From the IMG/VR virus record IMGVR_UViG_3300032294_002964, positions 28,078 to 92,077 of that record: a stretch of 64,000 bases of DNA. One strand, 5' to 3'. Each line of letters begins with the position of its first letter. Position 1 is the first letter of the stretch. The notes beneath the pieces are model-generated. The model ran no database searches, had not been told where the DNA came from, and saw only the letters and a program-made list of their open reading frames with translations. The stretch is from a virus. The translations under genes were made by a program, and so were the position numbers. This document shows positions 1-10,440 of the stretch, one piece after another.

Positions 1-610
1 TAGTTTCACCGTAATAAATTGGAGAATCGTCAACAATATTTCTAAAGTCAAGATTATTATCTTTTAAGACATTATAAATCTCTAACCAATCTTCAGCAAA
101 ATGACATTCAATAATAGCAAATTTACATTTTCTTAATGTGTTTAAGCCACCTTTGATAACTCTTAATTCAGCTCCTTCAACATCTATTTTAATATAATCT
201 ACTTGTTTATCTTCAAAGTACTCATCCAGTGAAATAGATTTTACATTGCCTATTACATTCATTTTACGATGTGCTGTATCGTGACCTACAATATTTGAAA
301 CATGATTGCCAGAATTGTTATTATCACCATATATATCAACATATCCAGAAATATCTGATATTCCTATATTCTCAATTATACAGTTTTTTGATTGTAGATG
401 TTTAATTGCCTCAAAATTAAAAGGATTTAATTCAAAGGAATATATTAATCCATTATCACCCGCTAATTTTTTAAAAAATGATGTTATAACTCCATTACAA
501 GCACCTACATCACAGTAGATACCACCTGATTTTGCATTTTCTTGAAATTTAATGGATATTAGTCTATCCCAATCATTTACTTGTATTTTATATTTTTCCC
601 AAGCTTCCAT
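1..610 (-). CDS. FkbM family methyltransferase (3' end runs off the window)
   Basis: Manually translated, not in the ORF track: MEAWEKYKIQ...YCDVGACNG...SFELNP...KIDVEGAE, the typical FkbM motifs. Confidence 0.85.
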   Translation of the reverse strand, partial: MEAWEKYKIQVNDWDRLISIKFQENAKSGGIYCDVGACNGVITSFFKKLAGDNGLIYSFELNPFNFEAIKHLQSKNCIIENIGISDISGYVDIYGDNNNSGNHVSNIVGHDTAHRKMNVIGNVKSISLDEYFEDKQVDYIKIDVEGAELRVIKGGLNTLRKCKFAIIECHFAEDWLEIYNVLKDNNLDFRNIVDDSPIYYGET

Positions 611-624
611 ATTTTTATTATTTT

Positions 625-1455
625 TTACCAGTATGTTGATCCCTCAACTACTTGATGATTTCTTGTTTTTTCTGAATCATATGGTCTTTTCCAATTTGAA
701 TTATAATACTTATTAACAGCCGCCATATTATCCCATCTATTTCCTTTAATACCAAACATAATTTGCAATCCACCTCCAACATGTACAACTGGTTTACCCA
801 TTTTCTTTATTTGATTGCAAATGGGTAATCCGTATGCACCACATCCAACAAGTGCTATATCAAAATTTAATTTTTGAATATTATTTACCATGTTCTCATA
901 GCAAACATTCCAAGGTAGATCCGTATTACCACCACCGTGTGTTTGATATGTTTTAAAGGTAATTAAATCAAAATCCGGTAATATACTTTTATCTTCAAAA
1001 AGTAATTCTTTTTTAGAATATTGTTCACGAATAGAATCTTCAAATGGATGAACTACTAATACTCTTCTATTTTCCAAAAATTTACTCCACGGATTTTCAT
1101 GGTAGAATGGCTCTAATGCTTGTAATCCAGATATAAACTCAGCATTTTTGCAATAAAAATTAGATATTATAAACTCTTCTGAATTTACATTATCAGGAAA
1201 CCATATTGTTAATAAATCCATATTTGACAAGGCATCAACATATTCATTTATAAAATAATCTAGCACAAAATCAGTAGGTGGTGTTATACCAGCATGATTA
1301 GATGCATGCCATCTTAGTGAGTCATCCCAAGACTTTTTATTAAAAAAGTATTTAACTACTTGTTGCTCTACTGCTCCCATTTTTCCTGCTACAAATGGTA
1401 TAGAAGATGATATTAACTCTCCTATTTTTTTATTTCCTTGTTCTATTGATATCAT
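625..1455 (-). CDS. putative glycosyltransferase-related protein (GT-D-like conserved hypothetical)
   Basis: FDIALVGCGAYGLP...VHVGGGLQIMFGIKGNRW; lies in the glycan cluster. Confidence 0.55.
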   Translation of the reverse strand: MISIEQGNKKIGELISSSIPFVAGKMGAVEQQVVKYFFNKKSWDDSLRWHASNHAGITPPTDFVLDYFINEYVDALSNMDLLTIWFPDNVNSEEFIISNFYCKNAEFISGLQALEPFYHENPWSKFLENRRVLVVHPFEDSIREQYSKKELLFEDKSILPDFDLITFKTYQTHGGGNTDLPWNVCYENMVNNIQKLNFDIALVGCGAYGLPICNQIKKMGKPVVHVGGGLQIMFGIKGNRWDNMAAVNKYYNSNWKRPYDSEKTRNHQVVEGSTYW

Positions 1456-1458
1456 ATT

Positions 1459-2133
1459 TTATCCTAATACATTTTTTATTATTTTCCAATAATCTGCATG
1501 TCTTACATCATTCTCATCAAAAACATCTCCAACAAACTCATAGTTATTTCTTTTTGTTGGAAATGGTTTAATTTCACCACCAAAGCTTAAATTGAATTCA
1601 GAATGTTCTAAAGATCTGTTCTTAACAAACGGATAAATAACTGTTCCAAGAAAATCCTGATCAATTCCCTTTCTTCCAAACTTATTCCATTTTTCAATAA
1701 TTTCAGAAAATCTTATATTTCTCAATATACCATTTCTACATCCCCACATACCACCTAAAATTGGAACCGTATGATACGGATGATCTCTCATAATGTGAAA
1801 GTCTTTATCAGACTCAATCCAATCTTTTATTGCAAAAACCTCTCTATCTGAGAATCTAGAGTCACAATCTCTTGATAGAAATATATCAACATCTTCCTCC
1901 GCTGCCCAAAATCTCCAAAACATCCCATGAAAAGAATCTTTAGATTTTACTAACACAACCTCGACATTATCACCCCTGATAGAATCAATTAATTTTGAAT
2001 CACAAGTATCATCAATGTAAAATCTTGATATCCATCCTGGAAAATATTTGTTCACCAAATCTATATTTTTTAACGCTCCTACCCAATACATTGGCGCATC
2101 TCCCCAAAGTGAGTATGATACTATATTTTTCAT
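1459..2133 (-). CDS. conserved glycan-cluster protein, putative glycosyltransferase
   Basis: SYSLWG, GMFWRF, RDCDSR (DxD), FHIMRDHPYH, ILGGMWG. Confidence 0.55.
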   Translation of the reverse strand: MKNIVSYSLWGDAPMYWVGALKNIDLVNKYFPGWISRFYIDDTCDSKLIDSIRGDNVEVVLVKSKDSFHGMFWRFWAAEEDVDIFLSRDCDSRFSDREVFAIKDWIESDKDFHIMRDHPYHTVPILGGMWGCRNGILRNIRFSEIIEKWNKFGRKGIDQDFLGTVIYPFVKNRSLEHSEFNLSFGGEIKPFPTKRNNYEFVGDVFDENDVRHADYWKIIKNVLG

Positions 2134-2142
2134 ATCTAAATT

Positions 2143-2991
2143 TTATTTTTTAATGTGGCAATCTATCCAGTTATTTTCTAAAACTCTATAACCTGTATTA
2201 TATACTCCATAGATATATTCTTTAGGATTTAAATATTGATAAACCCCATCTGAATTATTTCTAAAAAAACAAATCCACATTCCCACATTCCCACTATTAG
2301 TAATCAGTTTAGAACACTTACTTAAAATATGACTTATAGCTAAAAATATTACAGCCTGATTTAATCTTTGATTTGGTGGTATATGATACTGTGTTGAAGT
2401 TGTAGGATTTGAATAAATTTTATAAGTTTCATTAAAATAAATTGAATCTGGGTATAATTTTAAAACTTTATCATAAAACTCTATTTCATCACTTTGTATT
2501 AATATCTTAAAATCTGGATTACTTTCTTTTACCTCAACTAATTTATCGATCATTTCCTCATGAGTGGGTAAATTAGTCTCAAGGTGCTTATTTAAACCCC
2601 TAAAGCATATAGCTATTGTTTTATCAAAATCTATGTTATATGAATTTACTAATTTTTTTAAGACATCTTTAACGTAATTTGAAGGACTGAAATATTTATT
2701 TACTAAATGTTGAATATTTTTATAATCTAATTTATTATATTCAATAAATTGATCTTCATTTGTTTCGAAAAAATCAATATAATCATCTATGATAGGACCG
2801 TTTTCTACAACACTATCAAAAAAGTAATTAGTAACATCAAGTGGTGTATCTTTATAATAGGCCCATTGTTTACTTGAATCAACAATTGGATATATTTTAT
2901 TTTTATTATAAAATTCAATTATTCTTTTTAATCTGATTGTACAACTACTAAAGAATCCAGCATTATGATCTATAAAAATTGTATTATCCAT
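2143..2991 (-). CDS. putative fucosyltransferase (NodZ/GT23-like)
   Basis: AGFFS at N-terminus, AICFRGLNK, LIQSDE, LSKCSKLITNSGNV resemble fucosyltransferase motifs I-III. Confidence 0.55.
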   Translation of the reverse strand: MDNTIFIDHNAGFFSSCTIRLKRIIEFYNKNKIYPIVDSSKQWAYYKDTPLDVTNYFFDSVVENGPIIDDYIDFFETNEDQFIEYNKLDYKNIQHLVNKYFSPSNYVKDVLKKLVNSYNIDFDKTIAICFRGLNKHLETNLPTHEEMIDKLVEVKESNPDFKILIQSDEIEFYDKVLKLYPDSIYFNETYKIYSNPTTSTQYHIPPNQRLNQAVIFLAISHILSKCSKLITNSGNVGMWICFFRNNSDGVYQYLNPKEYIYGVYNTGYRVLENNWIDCHIKK

Positions 2992-3658
2992 TATTATAAT
3001 TATTTTTTACAAAAACACAATCCCATTGAATATTACCAACGAGTGAGTATCCTTTTTCCTTTAGAAATTCTGTTTCTTCATTAAGACCATAATTATTCTC
3101 TATTAAAAAACAAGTAATATCAACTTTATCAAAATTTATTGACTTTAAAACACTAAGCTCTGCACCTTCCACATCTATTGAAATTAAGTCAATGTTTTTA
3201 ACATTATGTTTATCAAACAGAGTCTCTAATCTCAGAGCTTTCATTTTAATTACTTCTTTTGTTGAATATAGCTCATGATCTTTTGGATATGAACTATACA
3301 TTTGAAGCTCTCTATTAATTCTTTCTAAGTGTTGGCTATTATAAAATTCCATAATTCCTGATAATACATTACAAGGACCACTTATTGATAAAAAATTAAC
3401 ATCCATTTCAATATCAGAAATTGCACAATTCTCTTTTATTGATAATTCTCTAGATACATTAAGCATTTTACTAAACTCTATAGGATTTGGTTCAATTAAA
3501 AGACCCGACCAATTTCTTTCCTTTTCAAAGAAATAAGTATTTGATGCTCCGAATCCATCTAAAGCACCCACTTCAACAAAAAAACCATCTTTTTTTCCTT
3601 TAAAAATTTGAGAATCTAAAATTACGTCTTGTTGAATTTGTGATTTACTATTTATCAT
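2984..3658 (-). CDS. FkbM family methyltransferase
   Basis: FVEVGALDG, SNTYFFE, GLLIEPNP, SIDVEGAE. Confidence 0.9.
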   Translation of the reverse strand: MINSKSQIQQDVILDSQIFKGKKDGFFVEVGALDGFGASNTYFFEKERNWSGLLIEPNPIEFSKMLNVSRELSIKENCAISDIEMDVNFLSISGPCNVLSGIMEFYNSQHLERINRELQMYSSYPKDHELYSTKEVIKMKALRLETLFDKHNVKNIDLISIDVEGAELSVLKSINFDKVDITCFLIENNYGLNEETEFLKEKGYSLVGNIQWDCVFVKNNYNNG

Positions 3659-3660
3659 TT

Positions 3661-4488
3661 TTAATTAAAAATTTTATATAAGAAAAATTTTATATTTTCA
3701 ATCTTATTTTCTTCTGGTATTATATTATCTATAAACCAAGGTGTTTTAAGCATTTCTAAATATTTATCTTGATTGTTATCAAGATAAATAATATATTCGA
3801 TCATTTGTCCAATTGAAACATGTTCATAAAAGCTGACAAATGACTTTATATTAAATTCTTTTCCAATTAAAGGATTTCCCCAATATAAAGGAATTGAATT
3901 AACCGTCATTGGTTCCATTATTTTTTCAGTAGTGTAACCAGGGTGTTGAGGTCTATATGCATTATTTTCAAAAGCTACTGAAAATTTATATTCTGATTGA
4001 AATTTTCTTTTATCTGGAACAGCGTATCCGATATTATTCATCCATCTTCCGCCAGAATCTATTCTCTTATATTTAGATAATTGTTGAACGAACATATTTC
4101 TTTCTTGACAATTACCATTTGATGCTACAAAATTACAAAACTTTCTATTGACCATAGATTCTTCTATAATCTTAGGTCTTATTAAATCATAGTATCCATC
4201 ATATAATAAGTAATGTGGTAGTCTATAATTTCTATCATCATCTAAGTATTCAAATGAGAAAGACCACTGACAATAACCTAAAGGTGGTGCAACATTCTCA
4301 CCGGTATAAAATATTTTAATACAATTATAATTTTGATGTTGATTACCAAATACTGAAAAGAACAAATAATCTGGATTATTTGATATTTCTATATCAAATT
4401 CATCTTTTAAAAGATTGTAGAAATAATTATTAGTTTTATCAAAACCACCCCAAAAATCAGAAAAATCTATTTTAATCTTCTTTTTCAT
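3661..4488 (-). CDS. GT10 family alpha-1,3/4-fucosyltransferase
   Basis: YKFSVAFEN...GYTTEKI...IPLYWG is the GT10 signature. Confidence 0.9.
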   Translation of the reverse strand: MKKKIKIDFSDFWGGFDKTNNYFYNLLKDEFDIEISNNPDYLFFSVFGNQHQNYNCIKIFYTGENVAPPLGYCQWSFSFEYLDDDRNYRLPHYLLYDGYYDLIRPKIIEESMVNRKFCNFVASNGNCQERNMFVQQLSKYKRIDSGGRWMNNIGYAVPDKRKFQSEYKFSVAFENNAYRPQHPGYTTEKIMEPMTVNSIPLYWGNPLIGKEFNIKSFVSFYEHVSIGQMIEYIIYLDNNQDKYLEMLKTPWFIDNIIPEENKIENIKFFLYKIFN

Positions 4489-5174
4489 AATCTTTCTAAT
4501 ACTGGCATATTTTTTCTAGTGTTCCAAGTTATCTCATCTTCTTGCCACTTTGCATGATATTGAACATCTAATTGATCAGCTCTTCTTTTACCAGCGGCAT
4601 GATGTAAATGTTCAAATATGGTTGTATCGTTAATTCTATCATCTATTAACATTCCAGTATCTTTTAAATTGATGTATAACTCACAGTCAGAATACATATG
4701 AGTATAGACTGGACTATAAATTGTTTTGTTTAATTTTTCAAAACATCCCCAGGTCATAATTGGAATAGTTATTGCGGGGTATTGCATATTAGATGAGTCC
4801 GGAAGTTGATATCCATCTCTAACCATAAGACCACCTTCTTTACCTTCTAATTTAGAAATTAGATATTGATCCCAATTTTGTGGTGGTAGAAAATCATCCG
4901 ATGCGAAAACAACAATATCACCAGATTGTCCTTCAGTTGTAGAAGATAATTGATAAGATGGATAACAAACTCCAATTTTATCAGTTTTTACAGTTATTAT
5001 TCTATAATCTAAATTATTAGATTTAAAATACTCTTTAATATAATCAGAGTGTTGTTCAACATTGACCGCAATGTGTGTTTTAATATTTTTTGTATTTGTA
5101 GACCTACCAATCCAGTAAGGATGCATTTGTTTAAATACCTCTGGTCTTATAGTGCACCATAATAAATGAATCAT
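4485..5174 (-). CDS. GT-A fold (GT2-like) glycosyltransferase
   Basis: TIRP, VFASDDF (xDD), YSDCEL, FEHLH. Confidence 0.65.
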   Translation of the reverse strand: MIHLLWCTIRPEVFKQMHPYWIGRSTNTKNIKTHIAVNVEQHSDYIKEYFKSNNLDYRIITVKTDKIGVCYPSYQLSSTTEGQSGDIVVFASDDFLPPQNWDQYLISKLEGKEGGLMVRDGYQLPDSSNMQYPAITIPIMTWGCFEKLNKTIYSPVYTHMYSDCELYINLKDTGMLIDDRINDTTIFEHLHHAAGKRRADQLDVQYHAKWQEDEITWNTRKNMPVLERL

Positions 5175-5195
5175 TAAAATAATAAATTTTAATAA

Positions 5196-5222
5196 TTATA
5201 TCTAATTTTAGATACTTGGTTT
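5196..5222 (-). promoter_or_regulatory. putative phage middle promoter AAC-N18-TATAA for the glycan cluster
   Basis: Minus strand AAAC-CAAGTATCTAAAATTAGA-TATAA; the same spacing recurs at six other gene starts. Confidence 0.55.
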
Positions 5223-5223
5223 C

Positions 5224-5820
5224 TTAAATCTTTTGAATAATTGTAGGAACAGATCCTAACTCCAATACCTTACTTCTATCTAAAAGGAATTCTATATCAT
5301 AGAAGTTAAAGTGGAATGTTAAAGTAAATTCCTTTGAAGATACTTTCTGTTGTGAGTAGTCAAACTTATTATCACTTAATCCCTTTAATATAATTTCTCT
5401 AAATGAGATTTTATAAATACCATCTCTGTGTATATCTACAGCAGTAATTGTAAACGGGTGTAGATATAGATTATCAGTATCTAAATAATGTTTCGCAAGA
5501 ATATCAAAAATAATCCAATAATTTATATCAGCATCTACTGATGCAAATGAAATTGTTATCTCATGTCCACCTATATCTTGTATATTTTTAGCTGGTTTAT
5601 ACATTCTCTCTTTACCTCTAATTAAGTGTTGCATTGGCACCTCAAAAGAAACTCCTGGAAAGCTAACAGCCTTTATAGTTGAGTTTAAATAATCAATTAC
5701 ATTCTCATATTGAATCCAATTTTTTTCTAAAATTGGAGTATATGATTGTATAACCTCTGCGGGTATAAAATTAGGTGGTAGGTTAAAAACAAACTGACTG
5801 GACTGACTACTTAATCTCAT
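5224..5820 (-). CDS. putative tail tube / baseplate-tube (gp19-like fold) structural protein
   Basis: Beta-rich pattern (IKAVSFPG...ITISF...FTLTFHF), preceded by TAATATATA; family assignment is tentative. Confidence 0.4.
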   Translation of the reverse strand: MRLSSQSSQFVFNLPPNFIPAEVIQSYTPILEKNWIQYENVIDYLNSTIKAVSFPGVSFEVPMQHLIRGKERMYKPAKNIQDIGGHEITISFASVDADINYWIIFDILAKHYLDTDNLYLHPFTITAVDIHRDGIYKISFREIILKGLSDNKFDYSQQKVSSKEFTLTFHFNFYDIEFLLDRSKVLELGSVPTIIQKI

Positions 5821-5830
5821 GTTTTATATA

Positions 5831-7771
5831 TTACTTTTTCTTTTTCTTTTGAAACTTAGTTAATCCATTGTTTATAGAATTGGCATTTGTTGTTCCTTTT
5901 TTCTGTAAGTTTTTAGAAACTCTATCATTTGATGTAATTGGAACCTTTTTTCTAACCACAATCGCAACTTCTTGCTCTCTTGGTGGATCAATAATTAAAG
6001 GTGGTTCATCATCTACAGTGTCACCGATTAATTCTATATTTCCACTTCCAACTAAATCATCAATATTGGATCCACTAATTATATCAGATAATGATCCTCC
6101 AAAGCTTGTAGCTGTGTCAAGTATTGTAAATAAACCAGAATAAATAATGTTTTTAAAATTCTGATTTGTTGTAGTTATGTAGAAGTTGACAAATCCAGAT
6201 TTAAACACATTTTTTAAACTAACAAATCTATCCTCAGTTACTTTAAATTGGCACATTCCTAATCTAGCCACAGTTTCTTGAGTAATATATTGTGGAAACT
6301 CAATTAAATCTGAGTCACTTTTAAATACTAATTTTAATTGCTCACAATTTGTAAGATCTAATGGTTCTAAAACATCACCAATTGTTGTGCTATTTCTCTT
6401 AGTCTTAAAAGCAAGTGAAAACTTAAAAACATTATCAAATGGTCTTATTCCTATTTTCATAGCACCTATAGGATGATAATTATCAATTTTCTTAGGCATC
6501 GTAACATTTAAAGCCTGTGGAGAATATGCTGTGACAATTCTTCCAAAATCTGCTATTGAAATTAATGCCGGAACTGGAACCTCTAATGTATTTTCAGGTA
6601 ATGCTGATTTACCAAGTTCCTCAATTCTATATCGATCAAATTTATTTTTAGAATAAATTTTTGGTTTAGAAACATCTCTAACATTTATCTTTTTAAGATT
6701 AACTAAATATTTAGATAATTGATCTGGCTTCATACCATATGAAGCTTTTCTAACAACTATATTACCATCATCTCTATTGATAAGTCTCATTTCAACTTCT
6801 ATAATTGAAGTGGTTGTTGAGTATTTTATAATAGGTCTAAATTCTATAATTTCGGTAAAATCTTTTTCTATTTTATATGTTTGTGTCTTACCTTTTATAT
6901 TTTCCTCAAAAACGGTAACATCAAATTCTAAATAGTAGAATTTATTTAACCTAAGAGAATCATCCATAAATATGGCAAAGGATTCAAATGTGTCGTTATA
7001 GGTTGCGTATATTTCAAAATAATCACCCTGTTTAGACTCCTGCATATAGATACCCAATGCATCTAACTGTGGTCTCTGTGGAACCTGTTGAATTACCTTT
7101 TGTGTTGTTAAAAAGGTAGTAGTAGTTCCTATTGTTGTAATTTTAGTTATGAATCTAAAATCAATAAATATCGGAGCAGTCTGTGATAATCCATCACCTC
7201 CAGTTAAGTAGTAATTTATAGTCCCATCTTTAGCATATCCATCCTCTCTTTGTAATCCAATAAAATAAATAGAGGGAACATTTAATTCAATATATTTATT
7301 CCAAGATATATCTTGATATAATAATGGTGATACATATGTGTTTAAAATTGGCTTGGATGTATCGTTCGCATTATAATAGAAATTAGATATTTCATAAAAT
7401 TTTTTATTTCTATAATCATATGTGTAAAGTCTTAAATATATTCCTTGATACTCTTCAAATGTATAATTAGCGGGAAAATATATTTTAAGTCTATCATGAA
7501 GAATTGGTTCGGAAGGTGAATATCCAGTTACAGATAAAAAATTATACTTAGATGTGTCTAATTTACCATACTTATTCAAAGGCTCATCTATTACAACTAG
7601 TTGATTGTCTTGACTATTATTGGTTATAGTTGTATCTGCGCCAACATATGAATTAATTAAATCTCTAGAATTTTTAACTATTTTATATGGCTCTAAAATA
7701 TAATTAGATGAGTCATATACCCACTCTAATAAAACATTTTTATTTAATCTTTTAAATTCAGACCTCATCAT
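5831..7771 (-). CDS. large putative virion structural protein, paralog of 7778..10387
   Basis: Shares LEWVYD/IEYIYD, YTFEEYQG/WTFGEYKG, APIFIDF/APVFLDF and RKASYGM with its neighbour. Confidence 0.6.
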   Translation of the reverse strand: MMRSEFKRLNKNVLLEWVYDSSNYILEPYKIVKNSRDLINSYVGADTTITNNSQDNQLVVIDEPLNKYGKLDTSKYNFLSVTGYSPSEPILHDRLKIYFPANYTFEEYQGIYLRLYTYDYRNKKFYEISNFYYNANDTSKPILNTYVSPLLYQDISWNKYIELNVPSIYFIGLQREDGYAKDGTINYYLTGGDGLSQTAPIFIDFRFITKITTIGTTTTFLTTQKVIQQVPQRPQLDALGIYMQESKQGDYFEIYATYNDTFESFAIFMDDSLRLNKFYYLEFDVTVFEENIKGKTQTYKIEKDFTEIIEFRPIIKYSTTTSIIEVEMRLINRDDGNIVVRKASYGMKPDQLSKYLVNLKKINVRDVSKPKIYSKNKFDRYRIEELGKSALPENTLEVPVPALISIADFGRIVTAYSPQALNVTMPKKIDNYHPIGAMKIGIRPFDNVFKFSLAFKTKRNSTTIGDVLEPLDLTNCEQLKLVFKSDSDLIEFPQYITQETVARLGMCQFKVTEDRFVSLKNVFKSGFVNFYITTTNQNFKNIIYSGLFTILDTATSFGGSLSDIISGSNIDDLVGSGNIELIGDTVDDEPPLIIDPPREQEVAIVVRKKVPITSNDRVSKNLQKKGTTNANSINNGLTKFQKKKKK

Positions 7772-7777
7772 TTAAAA

Positions 7778-10387
7778 TTATTTTTTACGCCCTCTTGGAA
7801 TATCAGAATTAGGTGGATAGTAATTAGTATCACTATTAGGTGGTGTAGATGGTGGTAATTGTTTTTTAGGACTACTTTTTGGAGGATTTTGTTGTATAAT
7901 CTTATTAGATTTAATTAAATCCTTATCCTTTTTACTTTTTGGAATAAACTCACCAACTGTTACTTCTTGATATTTTAATCCTATACCCCATTTTACTCTT
8001 TTATTTAAAAGACCCGAATTAATATATTCTAATAAATCTTTCGATAAATCTTCAAAATCTGGATTTACTCTTGCTCTTTTAAGAATTGGTTTCAACTCAA
8101 GTTCTGGTGTAAACCAACTTCTAACACCCTCAAATGGATCGATATTTAACCCCTTGAAGTATCCTAAAATCAGATCTATTTTTCTATCATTTATATCTGA
8201 TATATCTTTCTTTAGAAGAGGAACATTACTCTTTCCTGTTAGAGATTTTACTAAATTCTTAGTTTTATTTATCATACTCTCTTTAGTCTCTGGTTTGAAT
8301 CCTAAAGATGGAACAGTAAATAGAAGTATTTTAAACTCTCTCATATTTTGAGGTAGTTTAAACTTATTATTTGGATTAATTCCAATCTCAATTGCTTTTT
8401 GCGATGCTTTCCATCTAGGATTAAACATAAATGAAGCACCTGATAATCCAGAGCCTTTCTTGATTTCCTGATTATCTGAATTACTAACTGTATTAGTATT
8501 TACACCCTTAGGTATATTAGTACCAGAATCTATTGCGTCCTTAACAGATTGTGTAACATCAGGTTTCTCTGGTTGAACAACTGGTTCAGAAAGTCTTATC
8601 TGTTTCAAATCATAGTCGGTTAACATTTTATTCATGTTTGTAGCAGAATCCCAAGGTAAGAAAAATGAGTTGTAAATTATCTTCTTAACACCAAATTCAT
8701 CGACACCATTGATATAGAACAAGTCATACCCACTAGATGATATTTTTTTAATATCTTGATATGAGCTTTCTGGTATTTTAAATACAACTATACCATCTTC
8801 TAATTTATTTTCTGAGCTGTCTTTATAAATATCAAAACTTAAATCCTTTTTATCACTTTTGATTGTTAATTTTAAATTCTGTAATTTAGTTAAATCAATA
8901 GGTAGTTCATTGACTCCATCAGTCTCTATGAGTTTTAATTTAATAAAGTTATCAAATGGAAAGATATAAAAAAGAGATTTGTTATTTGGTATATAAGAAA
9001 TTTTATCAAAAACAAAATTCCTATCATCATTTACTATGTAATAATTACTTGAAAACAAATTAAATGGTATGCTTTTTAATTTTAAAATTGGTTTTGTTCC
9101 AAACGCATTGTTACTAGTATTTGGTAATATTGTAGATTTTATATAATGGACTTCTTTTCTTTTAGCCTTTCTAAGATTTATTTTACTAAGATTTCTTGCA
9201 TATTTTGATATATCACCAGCACCACCAGTACCATTACCAGTTTTTAATCTATCATTTGGCTCACTTCCCATCTTAGCTCCCCCACCTTGTAGCATTCCAT
9301 ATGATGCTTTTCTTTCAATAAAAGTACCATCAACTGAATCTATCAATCTCATAGTAGCATCTATTATAGCAGTAGTTGTTGTAAACTTTAATATTGGTCT
9401 ATATTCAATTTCTTCTCCAAAGTCTTCATTTACTATAAAGGTTGTAGTTTTTGTTTTGACATTTTTTTCAAACAACTCGATAGTGTATTCGACATAATAT
9501 CTATTTCCCTCATAATAGGACTCATCTATGAAATTTTCAAAATCACCAAGAGTACCATTATAAGTTCCATATATTAAGAAGAAATCTCCTTGTGATGATT
9601 CCTCTATTCTAACTCCAAGCTTTTCAAATTCCGGAGTCTGTGGAACAACAACTGTTTTTTTACTAGTTAAGTTAAAGAATTTATTACCGCCAACCGTATC
9701 AACACTTGATATAAAATGAAAATCTAAAAATACTGGAGCAGTTTTAGAAAGACCCAAACCATCTGTGAGATTGAAGTTTATTGAGTTTTCTCTTGTTACA
9801 TTAAGTGATCTTTGATCCGAAACTTTTGTTGTTGATGGAATCTGAATTTTAATATACTTACCCCATTGCTTTTCATTAATTAATAAATTAGGAGATGAAT
9901 ACTCTAATTTATAATTTTGTTCAATATCAGTCATATTGAAAAAATAATTAGAAAGCTCAACTACTTTTGTATTATCAAAATTATAAGTATAAATTCTAAG
10001 ATAGAATCCTTTATATTCACCAAAAGTCCAGTCTACTGGAATATGAACTTTAATTGTGTCATATCTAACAGGAATTGATCTTGCAAAATTTCTTACTTGT
10101 AAAAATGATGAAACATTGCTGTCAACTTGATTTGGCTGACTCGATAGAGGAACTTTACCATATCTATTTTGAATAGTATCTATTTTATAGATCTGATTGT
10201 ATAAGTCATTATTAGTTTGTTTATATCCTCTCGGTGTTGGACGAATCTCATCACCAGATATGAAACATTTAAGTCCGGTTCTTGTATTATGTAAAACATT
10301 ATATGGCTCACCAATCAAATTAGAGTCATCATAAATGTATTCAATTAGAATATTTGGATCAATATTAAAATACTTAGATACTTTCAT
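7778..10387 (-). CDS. large putative virion structural protein, paralog of 5831..7771
   Basis: 869 aa ORF with the shared blocks above; TAATATATA upstream. Confidence 0.6.
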   Translation of the reverse strand: MKVSKYFNIDPNILIEYIYDDSNLIGEPYNVLHNTRTGLKCFISGDEIRPTPRGYKQTNNDLYNQIYKIDTIQNRYGKVPLSSQPNQVDSNVSSFLQVRNFARSIPVRYDTIKVHIPVDWTFGEYKGFYLRIYTYNFDNTKVVELSNYFFNMTDIEQNYKLEYSSPNLLINEKQWGKYIKIQIPSTTKVSDQRSLNVTRENSINFNLTDGLGLSKTAPVFLDFHFISSVDTVGGNKFFNLTSKKTVVVPQTPEFEKLGVRIEESSQGDFFLIYGTYNGTLGDFENFIDESYYEGNRYYVEYTIELFEKNVKTKTTTFIVNEDFGEEIEYRPILKFTTTTAIIDATMRLIDSVDGTFIERKASYGMLQGGGAKMGSEPNDRLKTGNGTGGAGDISKYARNLSKINLRKAKRKEVHYIKSTILPNTSNNAFGTKPILKLKSIPFNLFSSNYYIVNDDRNFVFDKISYIPNNKSLFYIFPFDNFIKLKLIETDGVNELPIDLTKLQNLKLTIKSDKKDLSFDIYKDSSENKLEDGIVVFKIPESSYQDIKKISSSGYDLFYINGVDEFGVKKIIYNSFFLPWDSATNMNKMLTDYDLKQIRLSEPVVQPEKPDVTQSVKDAIDSGTNIPKGVNTNTVSNSDNQEIKKGSGLSGASFMFNPRWKASQKAIEIGINPNNKFKLPQNMREFKILLFTVPSLGFKPETKESMINKTKNLVKSLTGKSNVPLLKKDISDINDRKIDLILGYFKGLNIDPFEGVRSWFTPELELKPILKRARVNPDFEDLSKDLLEYINSGLLNKRVKWGIGLKYQEVTVGEFIPKSKKDKDLIKSNKIIQQNPPKSSPKKQLPPSTPPNSDTNYYPPNSDIPRGRKK

Positions 10388-10418
10388 CCTAAGATAAAAT
10401 TTTAGGATATATATTAAA

Positions 10419-10440
10419 AAACCTCTCTTATGAGAGGTTT
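10419..10440 (-). terminator. intrinsic terminator
   Basis: AAACCTCTC-ttat-GAGAGGTTT hairpin over the stop of 10428..10826, followed by a T run on the minus strand. Confidence 0.6.

Noticed and set aside
306-518. Short + strand ORF and other antisense ORFs in the track (e.g. 5868, 10939, 27758, 43763, 52607-53889, 60061)
   Set aside because: They lie antisense within well-supported genes and show no independent coding signal
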